DNA of 64,000 nucleotides from Mobula hypostoma (lineage: Eukaryota): assembly GCF_963921235.1 (NCBI RefSeq), contig NC_086108.1:117926001-117990000 (forward strand), in the 5' to 3' direction. A program made the position numbers and the translations under genes. This document shows, piece by piece, positions 1 through 14,239 of the stretch (position 1 is the stretch's first letter; every line of letters starts with the position of its first letter). A model generated the notes under the pieces. The model searched no databases and was not told the DNA's origin. It saw only the letters and a program-made list of their open reading frames with translations.

Positions 1-2940
1 TAAAAAACCTTCCTCTAATATCCCCCTTGAACTTCCCACCCCTTACATTAAAGCCATGTCCTCTTGTATTGAGCAGTGGTACCCTGGGAAAGAGGCGCTG
101 GCTATCCACTCTATCTATTCCTCTTATTATCTTGTACACCTCTATCATGTCTCCTCTCATTCTCCTCCTCTCCAAAGAGTAAAGCCCTAGCTCCCTTAAT
201 CTCTCATCATAATGCATACTTTCTAAACCAGGCAGCATCCTGGTAAATCTCCTCTGTACCCTTTCCAATGCTTCCACATCCTTCCTATAGTGAGGTGACC
301 AGAACTGGACACAGTACTCCAAGTGTGGCCTAACCAGAGTTTTATAGAGTTGCATCATTACATCGTGACTCGCATTAGGGTTTAAACTCTATCCCTCGAC
401 TTATGAAAGCTAACACCCCATAAGCTTTCTTAACTACCCTATCCACCTGTGAGGCAACTTTCAGGGATCTGTGGACATGTACCCCGAGATCCCTCTGCTC
501 CTCCACACTACCATGTATCCTGCCATTTACTTTGTACTCTGCCTTGGAATTTGTCCTTCCAAAGTGTACCACCTCACACTTCTCCGGGTTGAACTCCATC
601 TGCCACTTCTCAGTCCACTCCTGCATCATATCGTTGTCTCTCTGCAATCTTTGACAATCCTCTACACTATCTACAACACCACCAACCTTTGTCTCGTCTG
701 CAAACTTGCCAACCCACCCTTCTACCCCAACATCCAGGTGGTTAATAAAAATCACGAAAAGTAGAGGTCCCAGAACAGATCCTTGAGGGACACCACTAGT
801 CACAATCCTCCAATCTGAATGTACTCCCCCCACCTCCACCACCACCCTCTACCTTCTGCAGGCAAGCCAATTCTGAATCCACCTGGCCAAACTTCCCTGG
901 ATCCCATGCCTTCTAACTTTCTTAATTAAGCCTACCGTGTGGAACCTTGTCAAATGCCTTAGTAAAATCCATATAGATCACATCCACTGCACTACCCTCA
1001 TCTATATGCCTGGTCACCTCCTTAAAGTACTCTATCAGGCTTGTTAGACACGATCTGCCCTTCACAAAGCCATGCTGACTGTCCCTGATCAGACCATGAT
1101 TCTCTAAATGCCTATAGATCCTATCTCTAAGAATCTTTTCCCACAGCTTTCCCACCACAGATGTAAGGCTCACTGGTCTATAATTACCCGGACTATCCTT
1201 ACTACCTTTTCTGAACAAGGGGACAACATTCGCTTCCCTCCAATCCTCCGGTACCATTCCTGTGGACAACGAGGACATAAAGATCCTAGCCAGAGGCTCA
1301 GCAATCTCTTCTCTCACCTTGTGGAGCAGCCTGGGGGATATTCCGTCAGGCCCCGGGGCTTATCTGTCCTAATGTACTTTAACAAATCCAACACCTCCTC
1401 TCCCTTAATATCAACATGCTCCAGAACATCAACCTCACTCATATTGTCCTCACCATCATCAAGCTTGCTCTCATTGGTGAATAACAAAGAGAAGTATTCA
1501 TTGAGGACCTCGCTCACTTCCAAAGCCTCCAGGCACATCTTCCCACCTTTATCTCTAATCGGTCCTACCTTCACTCCTGTCATCCTGTTTTTCTTCACAT
1601 AATTGAAGAATGCCTTGGGGTTTTCCTTTACCCTACTCGCCAAGGCCTTCTCATGCCCCCTTCTTGCTCTTCTCAGCCCCTTCTTAAGCTCCTTTCTTGC
1701 TTCCCTATATTCCTCAATAGGCCCATCTGATCCTTGCTTCCTAAACCTCATGTATGCTGCCTTCTTCCACCTGACTAGATTTTCCACTTCACTTGTGACC
1801 CATGGTTCCTTCACCCTACCATTCTTTATCTTCCTCACCGGGACAAATTTATCCCTAACATCCGGCAAAAGATCTCTAAACATCGACCACGTGTCCATAG
1901 TACATTTCCTGCAAAAACATCATCCCAATTCACACCCGCAAGTTCTAACCTTATAGCCTCATAATTTGCCTTTCCCCAATTAAAAATTTTCCTGACTTCT
2001 CTGATTCTGTCCTTTTCCATGACAATGCTAAAGGCCAGGGAGCGGTGGTCACTGTCCCCCAGATGCTCACCCACTGAGAGATCTGTGACCTGACCCGGTT
2101 CATTACCTAGTACTAGATCTAGTATGGCATTCCCCCTGGTCGGCCTGTCCACATACTGTGACAGGAATCCGTCCTGGACACACTTAGCAAACTCTACCCC
2201 ATCTAAACCCTTGGAACTAATCAGGTACCAATCAATATTAGGGAAGTTAAAGTCACCCATGATAACAACCCTGTTATTTTTGCACCTTTCCAAAATATGC
2301 CTTCCAATCTGCTCCTCTGTATCTCTGCTCCTACCAGGGGGCCTCTAGAATACCCCCAATAGAGTAACTGCTCCCTTCCTGTTCCTGACTTCCACCCATA
2401 TTGACTCAAAAGAGGAACCTGCTACATTACCCACCCTTTCTGTAGCTGTGATAGTATCCCTGACCAGTAATGCCACCCCTCCTCCCCTTTTTCCGCCCTC
2501 TCTATCCCTTTTAAAGCACTGAAATCCAGGAATATTGAGAATCTATTCCTGCTCTGGTGCCAGCCAAGTCTCTGTAATGGCCACTACATCATAATTCCAT
2601 GTATGTATCCAAGCTGTCAGTTCATCACCTTTGTTCCTGATGCTTCTTGCATTGAGGTACACACATTTCAGCCCTTCTACCTTACTGTCTTTACACCGTT
2701 TATTCTGCTTCTCTTTCCTCAAAGCCCTCTGTATGTTAGATCTGGCTTTACTCCATGCACTTCTTTCACTGCTCTATCGCTCTGGGTCCCATCCCCCTCG
2801 CAAATTAGTTTAAACCCTCCCGAACCATGCTAGCAAACCTACCTGCAAGGATATTGCTCCCCCTTGAGTTCAGGTGCAACCCATCCAAGCTGTACAGGTC
2901 CCACCTTCCCCAGAAGAGATCCCAATGATCTAAAAATCTA
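1..2940 (-). mobile_element. CR1 LINE, most of ORF2 (APE endonuclease + RT) and the ORF1 C-terminus; frameshifted; continues off the window start
   Basis: Track ORFs carry GDFNFPNIDW, SDH, NYRPVSLTS, QHGF and [10 protein letters not shown] motifs; same subfamily as 38313-42182. Confidence 0.95.
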
Positions 2941-3638
2941 AGAGTGATTAGGTTCTGCATAGAGACTTCAGTGATTTAGGTGCAAAGAGTGGGTAACTTC
3001 GAGTTAAAGTTAAAGGGCATGTCCGTTAAAGGGGAGGTATGACCTTTTCAAAAGTGACGGGTTGCTACTGAACCCAAGGGGGACCAACATTCTCGTGAGT
3101 AGGTTTGTTAGAGCTGTTGAGGAGCATTTAAACTAACTTGGCAGGGGGGTAGCACCCGGAGTGAAGGGACTCAGGATGAGACAGATGGTAAAAAGGAAAG
3201 ATAGTGTGCAGTCAGACTGTCAGGAAGGGCAGGCAGGTGATGGGACTTAGTTGCAGCCAGCAGGCTGAGTATCAAAACATGGGGGATGCAGAATCAGAAA
3301 GGACAGCAAATACGGTTCTCAAGGTTTTATATCTAAATGCAGGTAGTATAAGATATAAGGTGGATGATCTTGTTGCAATATTACAGATTGCCAGCTATGA
3401 TGTTGTGGCCATCACTGAATCGTGGCTGAAGGATGGTTGTGGTTGGGAGCTGAATGTCCAAGGTTACACGTTATATCAGAGGGATAGGAGGTAGGCAGAG
3501 GAGGTGTGTGGCTCTATTTGTAAAGAATGGCACCAAATTGGTAGAAAGATGTGACATAGGATCAGAAGATGTTGAAACATTGTGGGTTGAGTTAAGAAAC
3601 TGCAAGGGTAAAATGACATTGATGGCAGTTATATACAG

Positions 3639-4805
3639 CAGGGGTCCCCAACCTTTTTTGCACTGCGGACCGGTTTAATATTGACAATATTCTTGTGGAC
3701 CAGCCGACCCGGTGGGGGGGTGGGGTAGGGTTGCCAACGGACAAGAGTAGCAGTCAAATACGTTGTGCCTACCCCGAGAAAGACTACAATGACCATGAAG
3801 CCTTGCGCGGGCACCAGTGCGCATGCGTGTACGTGCCGATATTTCTTTCTACAAATCGTTTTTGGCGATTCTGTTCGGGGGGGGCGGTGTTAATCACAAC
3901 TGGAATATAGGTGATAAGTGGCTAATACACTCAATTTCATTTCTAAAAAGTTTATCTAACGAATTTAATATTAAACACACAGCGCATATTTTCCTCGCAT
4001 GAATGTAGTGATAAGTCAATTATCAGGAGAGCTTGAAGTAAGTGTTGAACAAACTTCCAGTAGAAGTAGTACAGGCAGGTTTGATATTATCATTTAAAGA
4101 AAAATTGGATAGGTATATGGACAGGAAAGGAATGCAGGGTTATGGGCTGAGTGCAGGTCGGTGGGACTAGATGAGAGTAGCGTTCGGCATGGACTTGAAG
4201 GGCAGAGATGGCCTGTTTCCGTGATGTAATTGTTATATGGTTATATAAGTAAGTCAATAGCATCATAACATTTTAAGTAACATTTGGATATTAAACAAGC
4301 AGCACATATTTTCCCCGTCTGAACATATAAAATCATTGCAACACACCAATATCGCTGAATCAGTGGGAGCCCTGGGCTTGTTTCCCTGCAACAGGACGGT
4401 CCCATCGAGGGGTGATGGGAGACAGCGATCCTCAAAGGGGGTTCCTTATGTCCAGTCTCCTCCGCAGTTTAGTTTTTGTTGCATTCATCGCAGAGAAATG
4501 TTGGAAATGGAAGCAACATTTTTAGTGCTTTCGTAGCTATCTCAGGATATTCAGCATTGACTTTGAACCAGAATGCCAGCAGAGATGTTATGTCAAACAT
4601 ACTTTTCAGCCCGCCGTCATTTGCAAGCTCCAGGAGTTGATCTCCTTCCCGTGCTGACATGGATGACGTGTGGGTCATGACCTCGCGTGCATTCAAGCTC
4701 AACAGAGGGCGTGACAGGGAATGAGGAAAGGTGCAGCTGACTCTCGTATTGTTTCCTCGCGGCCCGGTAGCACATGCTTTGCGGCCCGGTGGTTGGGGAC
4801 CATTC
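3639..4805 (-). mobile_element. Non-autonomous hAT (Charlie/Buster-like) DNA transposon with transposase dimerisation-domain remnant
   Basis: TIRs caggggtccccaacc ... ggttggggaccattc; 8-bp TSD atatacag (3631-3638, 4806-4813); remnant reads LLAFWFKVNAEYPEIATKALKMLLPFPTFLC. Confidence 0.92.
4030..4246 (+). mobile_element. CR1 3' end nested inside the hAT element
   Basis: Matches the CR1 tails at 26280-26486 and 28140-28340, ends in (gttatatg)n and has taagtcaat near both flanks. Confidence 0.85.
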
Positions 4806-5792
4806 ATATACAGGACTCCCAACAGTGGCTGGGAGGTGAACCACAGGTTACAACAGGAAATAGAAAAGTCAAGTTAAAAGGACAATGATATAGTAGTCAT
4901 GGGAGATTTTAACATGCAGGTCCATTGGGAAAATCAGGGTGGTAATGGAACTCAATAGGGTGGGCTTGTTGAATGCCTAGAGATAGCTTTTTAGAACAGG
5001 TTGTCATTGAGCCTACTAGAGTATCAGCTATACTGGATTGGATGTTATGTAATTAACCAGAGACGATTAGGGAGCTTAAGGTAAAAGAACCCTTAGGAAC
5101 CAGTGATCACAATATGATTGTGTTCAATTTGAAATTTGATAGGGAGAAAGTAAAGTCTGATGTAGCAGTATTTCAGTGGAGTAAGGGAAATTACAGTGGT
5201 ATGAGAGAGGAGTTGGCCAAAGTAAATTGGAAGGAGCTGCTGGCAGGGATGTCAGCAGAGCAGCAATGGTGTGTGTTTCTGGGAAAAATGAGGAAGGTGC
5301 AGGACATGTGTATTCCAAAAATGAAGAAATACTCAAATCATAAAATAGTACAACCATAGCTGACAAGGGAAGTCAAAGCTACTGTAAAAACAAAAGAAAG
5401 GGCATTCAACAAAGCAAAAATTAGTGGAAAGAAAGAGGATTGGGAAGTTTTTAAAAACCTACAGAGAGTAACTAAAAAAATCATTAGACAGGAAAAGATG
5501 AAATATGAAAGCAAGCTTGCAAAAAATATCAAAGTGGATAGTAAAAGTTTTTACAAATATGTTAAAAATAAAAGAGAAGAGTGTGTGGATATAGCACCAC
5601 TAGAAAATGAGGCAGGAGAAATAACAGGGGACAAGGAGATGGCTGCGGAACTAAATAAGTATTTTCCGTCAGTCTTCACTGTGGAAGACACTAGCAGTAT
5701 GCCTGATGTTGTAGTGTGCCAAGGAAGAGAAGTGGGTGCAGTTACTGTTACAAGAGAGAAGGTGCCCAAAAAGCTGAAAGACCTAAAGGTAC

Positions 5793-6284
5793 TATCAGTA
5801 CCTCCAGTTGAACTCTGTCTTTTTGTATATTTCCCCCTAGTTGTCAGTCTGTGGTTTGTATTGCCATGTGCTCCTGTCCCCGGTCCTGCTCTACTCCAGC
5901 CCCTGTATTACTGAGTACTCCGTCTCTCACCTGTTTCTCATTATTACCTGTATTGCTGCCACCTGTGTCTCATTGTGCTCCACCTATCATCTGCCTCTCT
6001 GTTTATTGCTCAGTGTATTTCAGTCCTGTGTTTCCACCCGTTTGTTGCCAGATTGTGTCAGTGAATTTTCCTGAGCCTTTCCAGCACTTGTATCTGTATT
6101 CTGTGTGTCTGAATATTGACTCTACCTGTTTCCAGTTCTGGTTTTTGGATTTCTGTGGATGTTTTGATCCCTGCCTGAACTTTGACGCCGACTTTGTTTG
6201 CACCTTGGGATTTGTTACTCAATGAATATCACTGTGTGTACAGTACTGGGTCTGCGATTGGATCCCTGCCCCAGCAACCTGACG
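5793..6284 (+). mobile_element. Solo LTR, Gypsy-like (492 bp)
   Basis: 5-bp TSD ggtac (5788-5792, 6285-6289); degenerate tgtcag...ctgaca termini (tatcag...ctgacg); splits the CR1 LKVHKSPG codons. Confidence 0.85.
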
Positions 6285-7480
6285 GGTACATAAGTCACCT
6301 GGATCAGAGGAACTGCACCCCAGGGTTCTCAGAGAGGTAGCGTTAGAGATTGTGGTGGCATTAGAAATTATTTTTCAAAAATCAATGGACTCAGGCCTGG
6401 CGTCTGAGGACTGGAAAATTGCAAATGTCACTCCACTCTTTAAGAAAGGAGGAAGGCAGCAGAAAGGAAATTATAGAGCGATTAGCCTGACCTAAGTGGT
6501 TGGGAAGATGTTGAAGTCAATAGTTAAGAATGAGGTGATGGAGTACTTGGTGACACAGGACAAGATAGGACAAAGTCAGCATGGTTTCTTTCAGGGAAAA
6601 TCCTGCCTGATGAACCTGTTGGAGTTCTTTGAGGAGATTACAACTAGGATAGATAAAGGGGATACAATGGATTTTGTATATTTGGACTTTCGGAAGGCCT
6701 TTGAAAGGTGACTCACATGAGACTGCTTACCAAGTTAAGTATTACAGGAACGTTACTAACATGGTTAGAACATTGGCTGATTGGTAGGAGGCAGTAAGTG
6801 GGAATAAAGGATCCTTTTCTGGTTGGCTGCCAGTGACTAGTGGTGTTCTGCAGGGATCAGTTTTGAGACCATTTCTTTTTATGCTGGATATAAATGATTT
6901 AGATGATGAAGTAGATGGCTTTGTTGCCAAGTTTGCAGATGATACAAAGATTGGAGGAGGGGCAGGTAGAGCTGAGGAAATAGGATGCAGGAGGACTTAA
7001 ACAGATTCGGAGAATGGGCATGCAAATGGCAAATGAAATACAATGTTGGAAAATGCATGGTCATGCACTTTGGTAGTAGAAATAAATGTGCAGACAATTT
7101 TCTAAATGGGGAGAAAATCCAGGAATCTGAGATGCAGAGGGACTTGGGAGTCCTTGTACAGAACATCCTAAAGATTAACTTGCAGGTTGAGTCAGTGGTG
7201 TGGACTTCATTGCAAGAAGTCTAGAATACAAGAGCAAGGATGTGATGCCAAGACTTTATAAGGCACTAGTGAGGCCTCACATTGTTCCGATTTCTTCTGT
7301 TCTTATGAATGATGACGTTGTAGCCATTAGTAAGACTGTTGCAGGAGAGGCAGGACTGGCAGCTCAGGGCAGGTCAAGGAAGTCTGTGTGGGGGAATACT
7401 GTGCATCCAGTGACCACAATGCCATTAGTTTCAAAGAAAATATGCAAAGAGGTAGGTCTGGTCCATGGTTTTAGATTCTA

Positions 7481-10400
7481 CAAGAACATAAGAAATAGAA
7501 GCAGGAGTAGGCCATCTGGCCCATCGAGCCTGCTCCACCATTAAATAAGATCATGGCTGATCTGGCCATGGATTCATTTTCCACCTACCTGTCTTTTCCC
7601 CATAACCCTTAATCCCCTTACTATGCAAAAATCTATCCAACCTTGACTTAAATATATTTACTGAAGTAGCCTACACTGCTTCATCGGGCAGAGAATTCCA
7701 CAGATTCAGCACTCTCTGTGAAAAACAGTTCCTCCTCATCTCCATCCTAAATCTACACCCCTGAATCTAAAGGCTCACCTACCAGTGGAAACCACTTTCC
7801 TGCCTCTATCTTATCTATCTGTCACCAGGTTCGGATATGGTCCAAGTGCAGAGTGAGAGACACTGAGGCAGGTCGATATTTCACAGACTAATGCGAACAA
7901 TGTTAAAGGGAAAAAGAAAACAATAAACACTAGGCCAAACAGGGCCATTAACTAAAACTCTCAAATGGAAAATGAAGCCTACACTGTGGCTGAAAAGAAC
8001 AACTGAGAATAAAACAAGTACTGCTAGTCTTCAGAGTCTTTTGACTCGATAGTCCAATTTCTCAGGCAAAGTGGAATGCAGATAACGAAGCATAGCTACG
8101 TCCTGGGTTCAGTCTTGACAAACACTATGGTGGAACGAATGGAGTTAAATACTATCACAATGAAAAAATAATTAGCTGACATGTGCATATTCACAAGAGC
8201 AATTGCCAAATCTGCTGCGCTGCTGAATCTGTGGTTGTGACACTATCTCTTTCATAATTATAATTATATATGTTTCTATAAGATCTCCTCTCATTCTTCT
8301 GAAATCCAGCGAGTACAGTCTCAGGCAACTCAATCTCTTCTCATTGTCTAACCCCCTCATCTCTGGAGTCAACCTGATGAACCTCTTCTGCACTGTCTCC
8401 AAAGCCATTATATCCTTCCTCAAGTAAGGAGACCAAAACTCTATGCAGTGCTCCAGGTGCGGCCTCACCAGTGCCCTGTATAGTTGCAGCATAACCTCCC
8501 TGCTCTTGAATTCAATCCCTCTAGCAATGAAGGCCAACAATCCATTTGCCTTCTTGATAGCCTGCTGCATCTGCAAACCTTTTGTGATTCACGCATAAGC
8601 ACTCACAAGTCCCTCTGCACAGCAGCATGCTGCAATCTTTTACCATTTAAATAATAATTTATTCTTTCATTTTTCATTCCAAAGTGGATGACCTCACATT
8701 TACCAACATTGTACTCCATCTCCCAGAGCCTTGCCCACTCCCTGAACCTATCCATATCTCTCTGCAGACTCTCCATATCTTCTGCACAATTTGCTTTTCC
8801 ACTCAATTTAGCATCATCGGCAAACTTAGATACACTACACTGGGTCCCCTCTTCCAGATCGTGTACAGTTGCGGGCTCAGCACTGATCCCTATGGCACAC
8901 CGCTCACCACTGATTGCCAAGCAGAATAACACCCATGTATCCCAACGTGCTGCGTTCTATTAGTTAACCAATCCTCTATCCATGCTAATACATCACTGCC
9001 AACTCTTCGCATCCTTATCTTATGGGTAAGTCTTTTATGTAGCATCTTATCAAATGTTTTCTGGAAATACAAGTCAATAATGTCCATCTGTTCTCCTCTA
9101 TCCACTGTGCTCATTATATCCTCAAAGAACTCCAGTAAGTTTGTCAAACAGGACTTGCCTTTGTTGACTCCATGCTGCGTCTGCCTGATGGATCCATTTC
9201 TTTCCAGATTCTTTGCTATTTCTTCTTTAATGAAAGCTTCAAGCATTTTCCCAACTACAGATGTTAAACTAACTGGCCTATAATTATCTGCCTTTTGCCT
9301 ACATCCTTTTTTGAACAGTGGCGTGACATTCTCCATCTTCCAATCTGACAGGAACTGCCCAGAGTCCCGAGAATTTTGGTAAATTATTACCAAAGCTTCA
9401 ACTATAACCACTGTCATTTCTTTCAGTACCCTGGGATGCATTCCATCAGGACCAGGGGACTTGTCTACCTTCAGGCCCACAAGTTTGCTCAACATTACCT
9501 CTTTAGTGATCGCTGTTATATTGAGGTCCACACCTCCCATCGCATCCATAACATCTCTCTTTGACACGTTAGATGTGTCCTCCACCATGCAGACCGACAC
9601 AAAATAGTCATTCAAAGCCTCAGTCATTTCCTTATTACCCAATATCAATTCCCCCTTCTCGTCCTCCAAGGGACCTACGTTCACTTTAGCCACCTTTTTC
9701 CACTTTATATCATTATAAGAACTTTTACTATCTGTTTTCATATTTTGTACTAGTTTATTTTCATAATCTATCTTCCCTTTCTTTATTGTTCACTTCATGG
9801 TTCTTTGTTACTATTTCAAGTGTTCCCAATCTTCCAGCTTCCCACTACTCTGGTGACTTTGTATGCATAAGCTTTTAGTTTGATGACTTCTTTTATTTCC
9901 TTAGTTATCCAAGGCTGGCTCTCCGCCCCCCCCCCCTTACTGTCCTTGCTTTTAACTGGAATATACTTTTGTTGAGCACCATGAAAAACCTCTTTGAAAA
10001 TCTTCCACTGTTCCACAACTGTTCTACCATATAGCCTGTATTCCCAGTCTACACTCGCCAAATCCTCCCTCATCCCATTGTTGTCTCCATTGTTTAGGCA
10101 TAATACACTGGTTTTAGATCAAACTACTGCACCCTCTATTTGTATGAGAAACTCTTACGCAGTATGAGATACTGTGATCACTCTTTCCAAGAGGATCCCT
10201 AACTACAAGATCACTAATTTTACCTGTCTCATTGTACAGGACCAGATCTAAGATAGCACGTTCCCTTGTAGGTTCAGTAACATGCTGTTCAAGAAAGACT
10301 ACACAGGTGTATTCTGTGAAGTCCTCCTTAAGACTGCCTCAACCAACTTGATTCACCTAATCTATATGCAAGTTAAAAGTCCTCCATGATAACTGCTGTT

Positions 10401-12170
10401 CCATGCCTCGGGTATTTCTCTGTTTATTGCCTGTGCCACTGTAATGTCATTCTTCGGTGGCCGATAGAACTCCCACCAGTGATATTTTCCCTTTAATATT
10501 CCTAATCTCTATCTAGATGGATTTAACATTATGCTCCTTAGATCTTACATTGTCTCTTACTATCGCCCTGATCTCATCTTTAATTAAGAGCGCTACCACA
10601 CCTCCCTTACCTTCCTGCCTATCCTTCTGTATTACCTGATATCCTTGGGTATTTAATTTCAATCCTCAGCACCCTGCAACCACATCTCTGTAATGGTCCT
10701 TTGTACTGATTTGAGCTACAAATTCACTGACCTACGGGCATTCAAATAAAGTGCCCTATTGTGTTTTAAAAATTTTTTGCACTTGACTTTTCTTCACTCC
10801 ACTCTTACTTTTCTCTTTTTTATCTTTTGTTTTTTCTTTATCTTTGTCCACACTTTTCTTTTTTTACTTTATCCATACTTCTCCAATCTGTTGAACTCAG
10901 CCCACTGCTATTTAGTTTAAAGCCCTATCCTCAGCTCTAGTTGTGCGATTCGCTGGGATCCAAGACCCATCACGGTTCAGGTAGAGCCCATCCCATTGGT
11001 ACAGCTCCCTCCTTCCCCAATACTGGTGCCAATTTCCTATGAATTCACACCCACTTCTCCCACACCAATCCTTGAGCCACACATTTAACTCTCTAATCTT
11101 CTTGACCCTATGCCAATTTGCATGTGGGTCAAGTAGTAATTCAGAGATTACTACCTTTTTGGTTCTGTTCTTTAACTTAGTCCCTAGCTGCTCAAATTCC
11201 CTCAACAGAATCTCTTTCCTCATTCTACATACAGTATGTCATTGGTACCCACATGGACCATGACAACTGGGTCTTTCCCCTCCCACTGCAAATTCCTCTG
11301 CAGGTCAGATAAGATGTCCCCAACCCAGGCACCAGGCAGGTAACACAGCCTTCGGGATGCTCTATCCTTGCAACAGAAAACTCTGTCTATTCCCCTGACT
11401 GTACTATCCCCAATTACCACTACATTTCTCTTCTCTCTTCAATCACTCCCTGAAGTAGCATCACAGTTAGGTTGCTCATCCTTCCTATAGCCCTCACTCT
11501 CATCCACCCAGGGAGCAAGAATCTCAGACCTGCTGGACAAGATCAAGGGCTGAGGCTCCTCCAGCATCTTCTCTTGAATCCCACTACCCGCCTCACTCAC
11601 AGTCACACCCTCTTGTCCCGGACCACAGACCGGATTTGAGGCAGCTAATCTAATGGTGTGATTACCACCTGAAACAGAGAATCCAGGTAACTCTCCCACT
11701 CCCTGATGTGCCGCAGTGTTTGAACCTCAGATTCCAGGTCATCAACTTTGAGTCTGATTTCCTCGAGCAGCCAACGCTTGCTGCAGATGTGGTCACCAGG
11801 AACCACAGTGGGGTCCACCAGCTCCCACATCATGCAGCTATGCACATCACCTGGTCCTGCATCATCCCTACTTTATTTAATCAGCTGTAATTTAATGACT
11901 TTTTATTTAACCACTACAAAAGCCTTCTGTGCTACTTACCTGTGCCTCTTTGCCAAAGCCTCAAGTTCAAACTCCTACACTGGTCCACTCACACAATGGC
12001 TGCTCTGCTTTGACCCTGCCTTATTTTTATTTACTCCTGCTAATGAATCACAAATCGATTGGTCTGCCATTAATATGCCAAGCCCTGCGAAATGCTCCTT
12101 TTTTAAACTCTTCTCCCCAACTTGTGCAAAGTTCTCTCTCTCTCTCTTTGAATCAATTGGTCTCGCACTA
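7481..12170 (-). mobile_element. Near full-length decayed CR1 LINE (5'UTR, ORF1 zinc finger + SGNH esterase, ORF2, 3' tail)
   Basis: ORF1 motifs CMMWE...HICSK, VIGDS, VHVGTND and WDGLYLN; ORF2 RT fragments; (ttcttatg)n tail at 7481-7498. Confidence 0.93.
7820..8242 (-). mobile_element. Solo LTR, Gypsy-like (423 bp)
   Basis: tgtcac...gtgaca termini and perfect 5-bp TSD ctatc (7815-7819, 8243-8247). Confidence 0.9.
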
Positions 12171-12174
12171 ATCA

Positions 12175-14232
12175 ATTCTAAATTGGAAAAAAGCCAGTTT
12201 TGATGGTATCAGAAATGATCTGGCAAATGTGGATTGGGACAGCCTGTTTTTAGCAAAGGTATACTTGGAAAGTGGGAGGCCTTCAAAAAAGATATTTTGA
12301 GGGTAGAAAGCTTATATGTGCCTGTCAGAATAAAAGGTAAAGATAACAAGCATAAGGAGCCTTGGTTTTCAAGAGATATTGAGGACCTAGTTAAGAAAAA
12401 AAAGGAGGTGCATAGCAAGTATAGGCAGGTAGGAACAGATGAGGTGCTTATGGAGTAGAAAGATGCAAGTGAATTCTTAAGAAAAAATTAGGAAGACTAA
12501 AAGAAGGCATGAAGTTGTTCTAGCAGACAAGGCTTAACAAGAATCCTAAGGGATTCTGCAGATATGTTAAGAGCAGAGGGATTGCAAGGTACAAAATTGG
12601 TTCACTGGAAGACCAGAATGGTAATCTATGTACGGATCCAAAACAGATGAGGGAGATCTTAAGTTATCTTTTGTAGCTGTATTTACTTGGGAGACAGATA
12701 CAGAGTCTATAGAAGTGAGGCAAAGCAGCATCAACTTCATGCACCCTGTAAAGGTTACAGAGGAGGAGGTGTTTGCTAACCTGAGGCAAAACAGGGTGGA
12801 TAAATCCCCAAGGCCTGACAAGGTGTTCCCTCGGACCCTATGGGAGACAAGTGCAAAAATTGCTGGGACCTTAGCAGAGATACTTGAAACAGCCTTAGCA
12901 ACAGAAAAGATGCCAGAGGTTTGGAGGATAGTCAATGTTGTTCTGCTGCTTAAAGAAGGCTCTAAACAGAAAACAGGAAATTATATGCTGCTGAGTTTGA
13001 CATTAGTTGCGGGAAGGTGATTTGAAAATATCCTAATGGAACAGATATATAAGTATTTGGATAGATATGGACTGATTAAGGATAGTCAGCATGGTTTTGT
13101 GCATGGTAGGTCATGTCTAAAGAATCTTATCGAGTTTTTCAAGGAAGTTACAAGGATGAAGGCAAGGCTGAGGATGTTGTCTACATGGACTTTAGTAAGG
13201 GATTTGCCGAGGTTCTGCACGGGAGGTTGGTCAAGAAAGTTCAGTCGCTCAGTATTCAGGATGCAGTAGCCTTTAACAAGTGGTGTGCCACAGGGATCGG
13301 TGCTGGGTCCTTTGTTGTTTGTCATCTGTATCAACGATCTCAATGATAATGTGGTTAACTGGATCAAAAAATTTGCGGATGACACCAAGACTGGGGGTGT
13401 AGTGGACAGAGAGGAGGGCTATCATGGCTAGCAGAGAATCAGCTGAAAAAGTGGGCTGAAAAATAGCAGATGGAATTTGATGCAGACAAGTGCGCGGTTT
13501 GATTCTGTGGTAGGACCAACCAGGGTAGCTCTTACACAATAAACAGTAGAGCACTGAGGAGTGTGTAGAACAAATGGATCTGGGAATACAGGTCCATAAT
13601 TTGTTGAAACTGACACCACAGGGATATTGGCCTTCAAAAATCAATGCTTCGAGTACAGAAGATGGGATGTTATGTTAAAGTTGTATAAGACAGTGGGGCC
13701 TAATTTGAAGTATTGGGTGCAGTTTTGGTCACCTATGTACAGGAAAGATGTAAAAAAGGTTGAGCAGAGAAAATTTACAAGGATGTTGTTGGGTTTGGAG
13801 GACCTGTGTTATAAGGAATAATGGAATAGGTTAGGACTGTATTCTTTAGAACACTGACAGGAGATTTGATAGAGGTATACAAAATTATGAGTGGTATAGA
13901 TAGGGTAAATGCAAGCAGTTTTTTCCCACAGATGTTGAGTGGGACTACAACCAAAGGTTATTGATTAAGGGTGAAGGTGAGAAGTTTAAGGGGAACATGA
14001 GGGGAAACTCCTTCACTCAGAGGGTGTGAGAGTGTCGGATGAGCAGCCAGCACAAGTCGATGCAAGCTCAATTTCAAAATTTAAGGGAACTTTGGATAGG
14101 TATATGGATAGTAGGGATAGGGAGGGCTATGTTCCCAGAGCAGGTCGATTGGAATAGGTAGTTTAATTGGTTTTGCATGGACTAGATGGGCTGAAAAGCC
14201 TGTTTCTGTGCTGTACTTCTCTATGACTATGA
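12175..14232 (+). mobile_element. 5'-truncated CR1 LINE
   Basis: RT motifs ([19 protein letters not shown]) and a (ctatga)n tail. Confidence 0.92.
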
Positions 14233-14239
14233 TTATCCT

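Larger units (their letters stand above)
2941..7282 (+). mobile_element. Decayed CR1 LINE (ORF1 end, EN, RT) interrupted by a hAT element and a solo LTR
   Basis: YLNAGSI, DVVAITESW, VIYRPP (split by the hAT), QHGF and KFADDTK motifs; host sequence resumes exactly after each insert. Confidence 0.93.
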
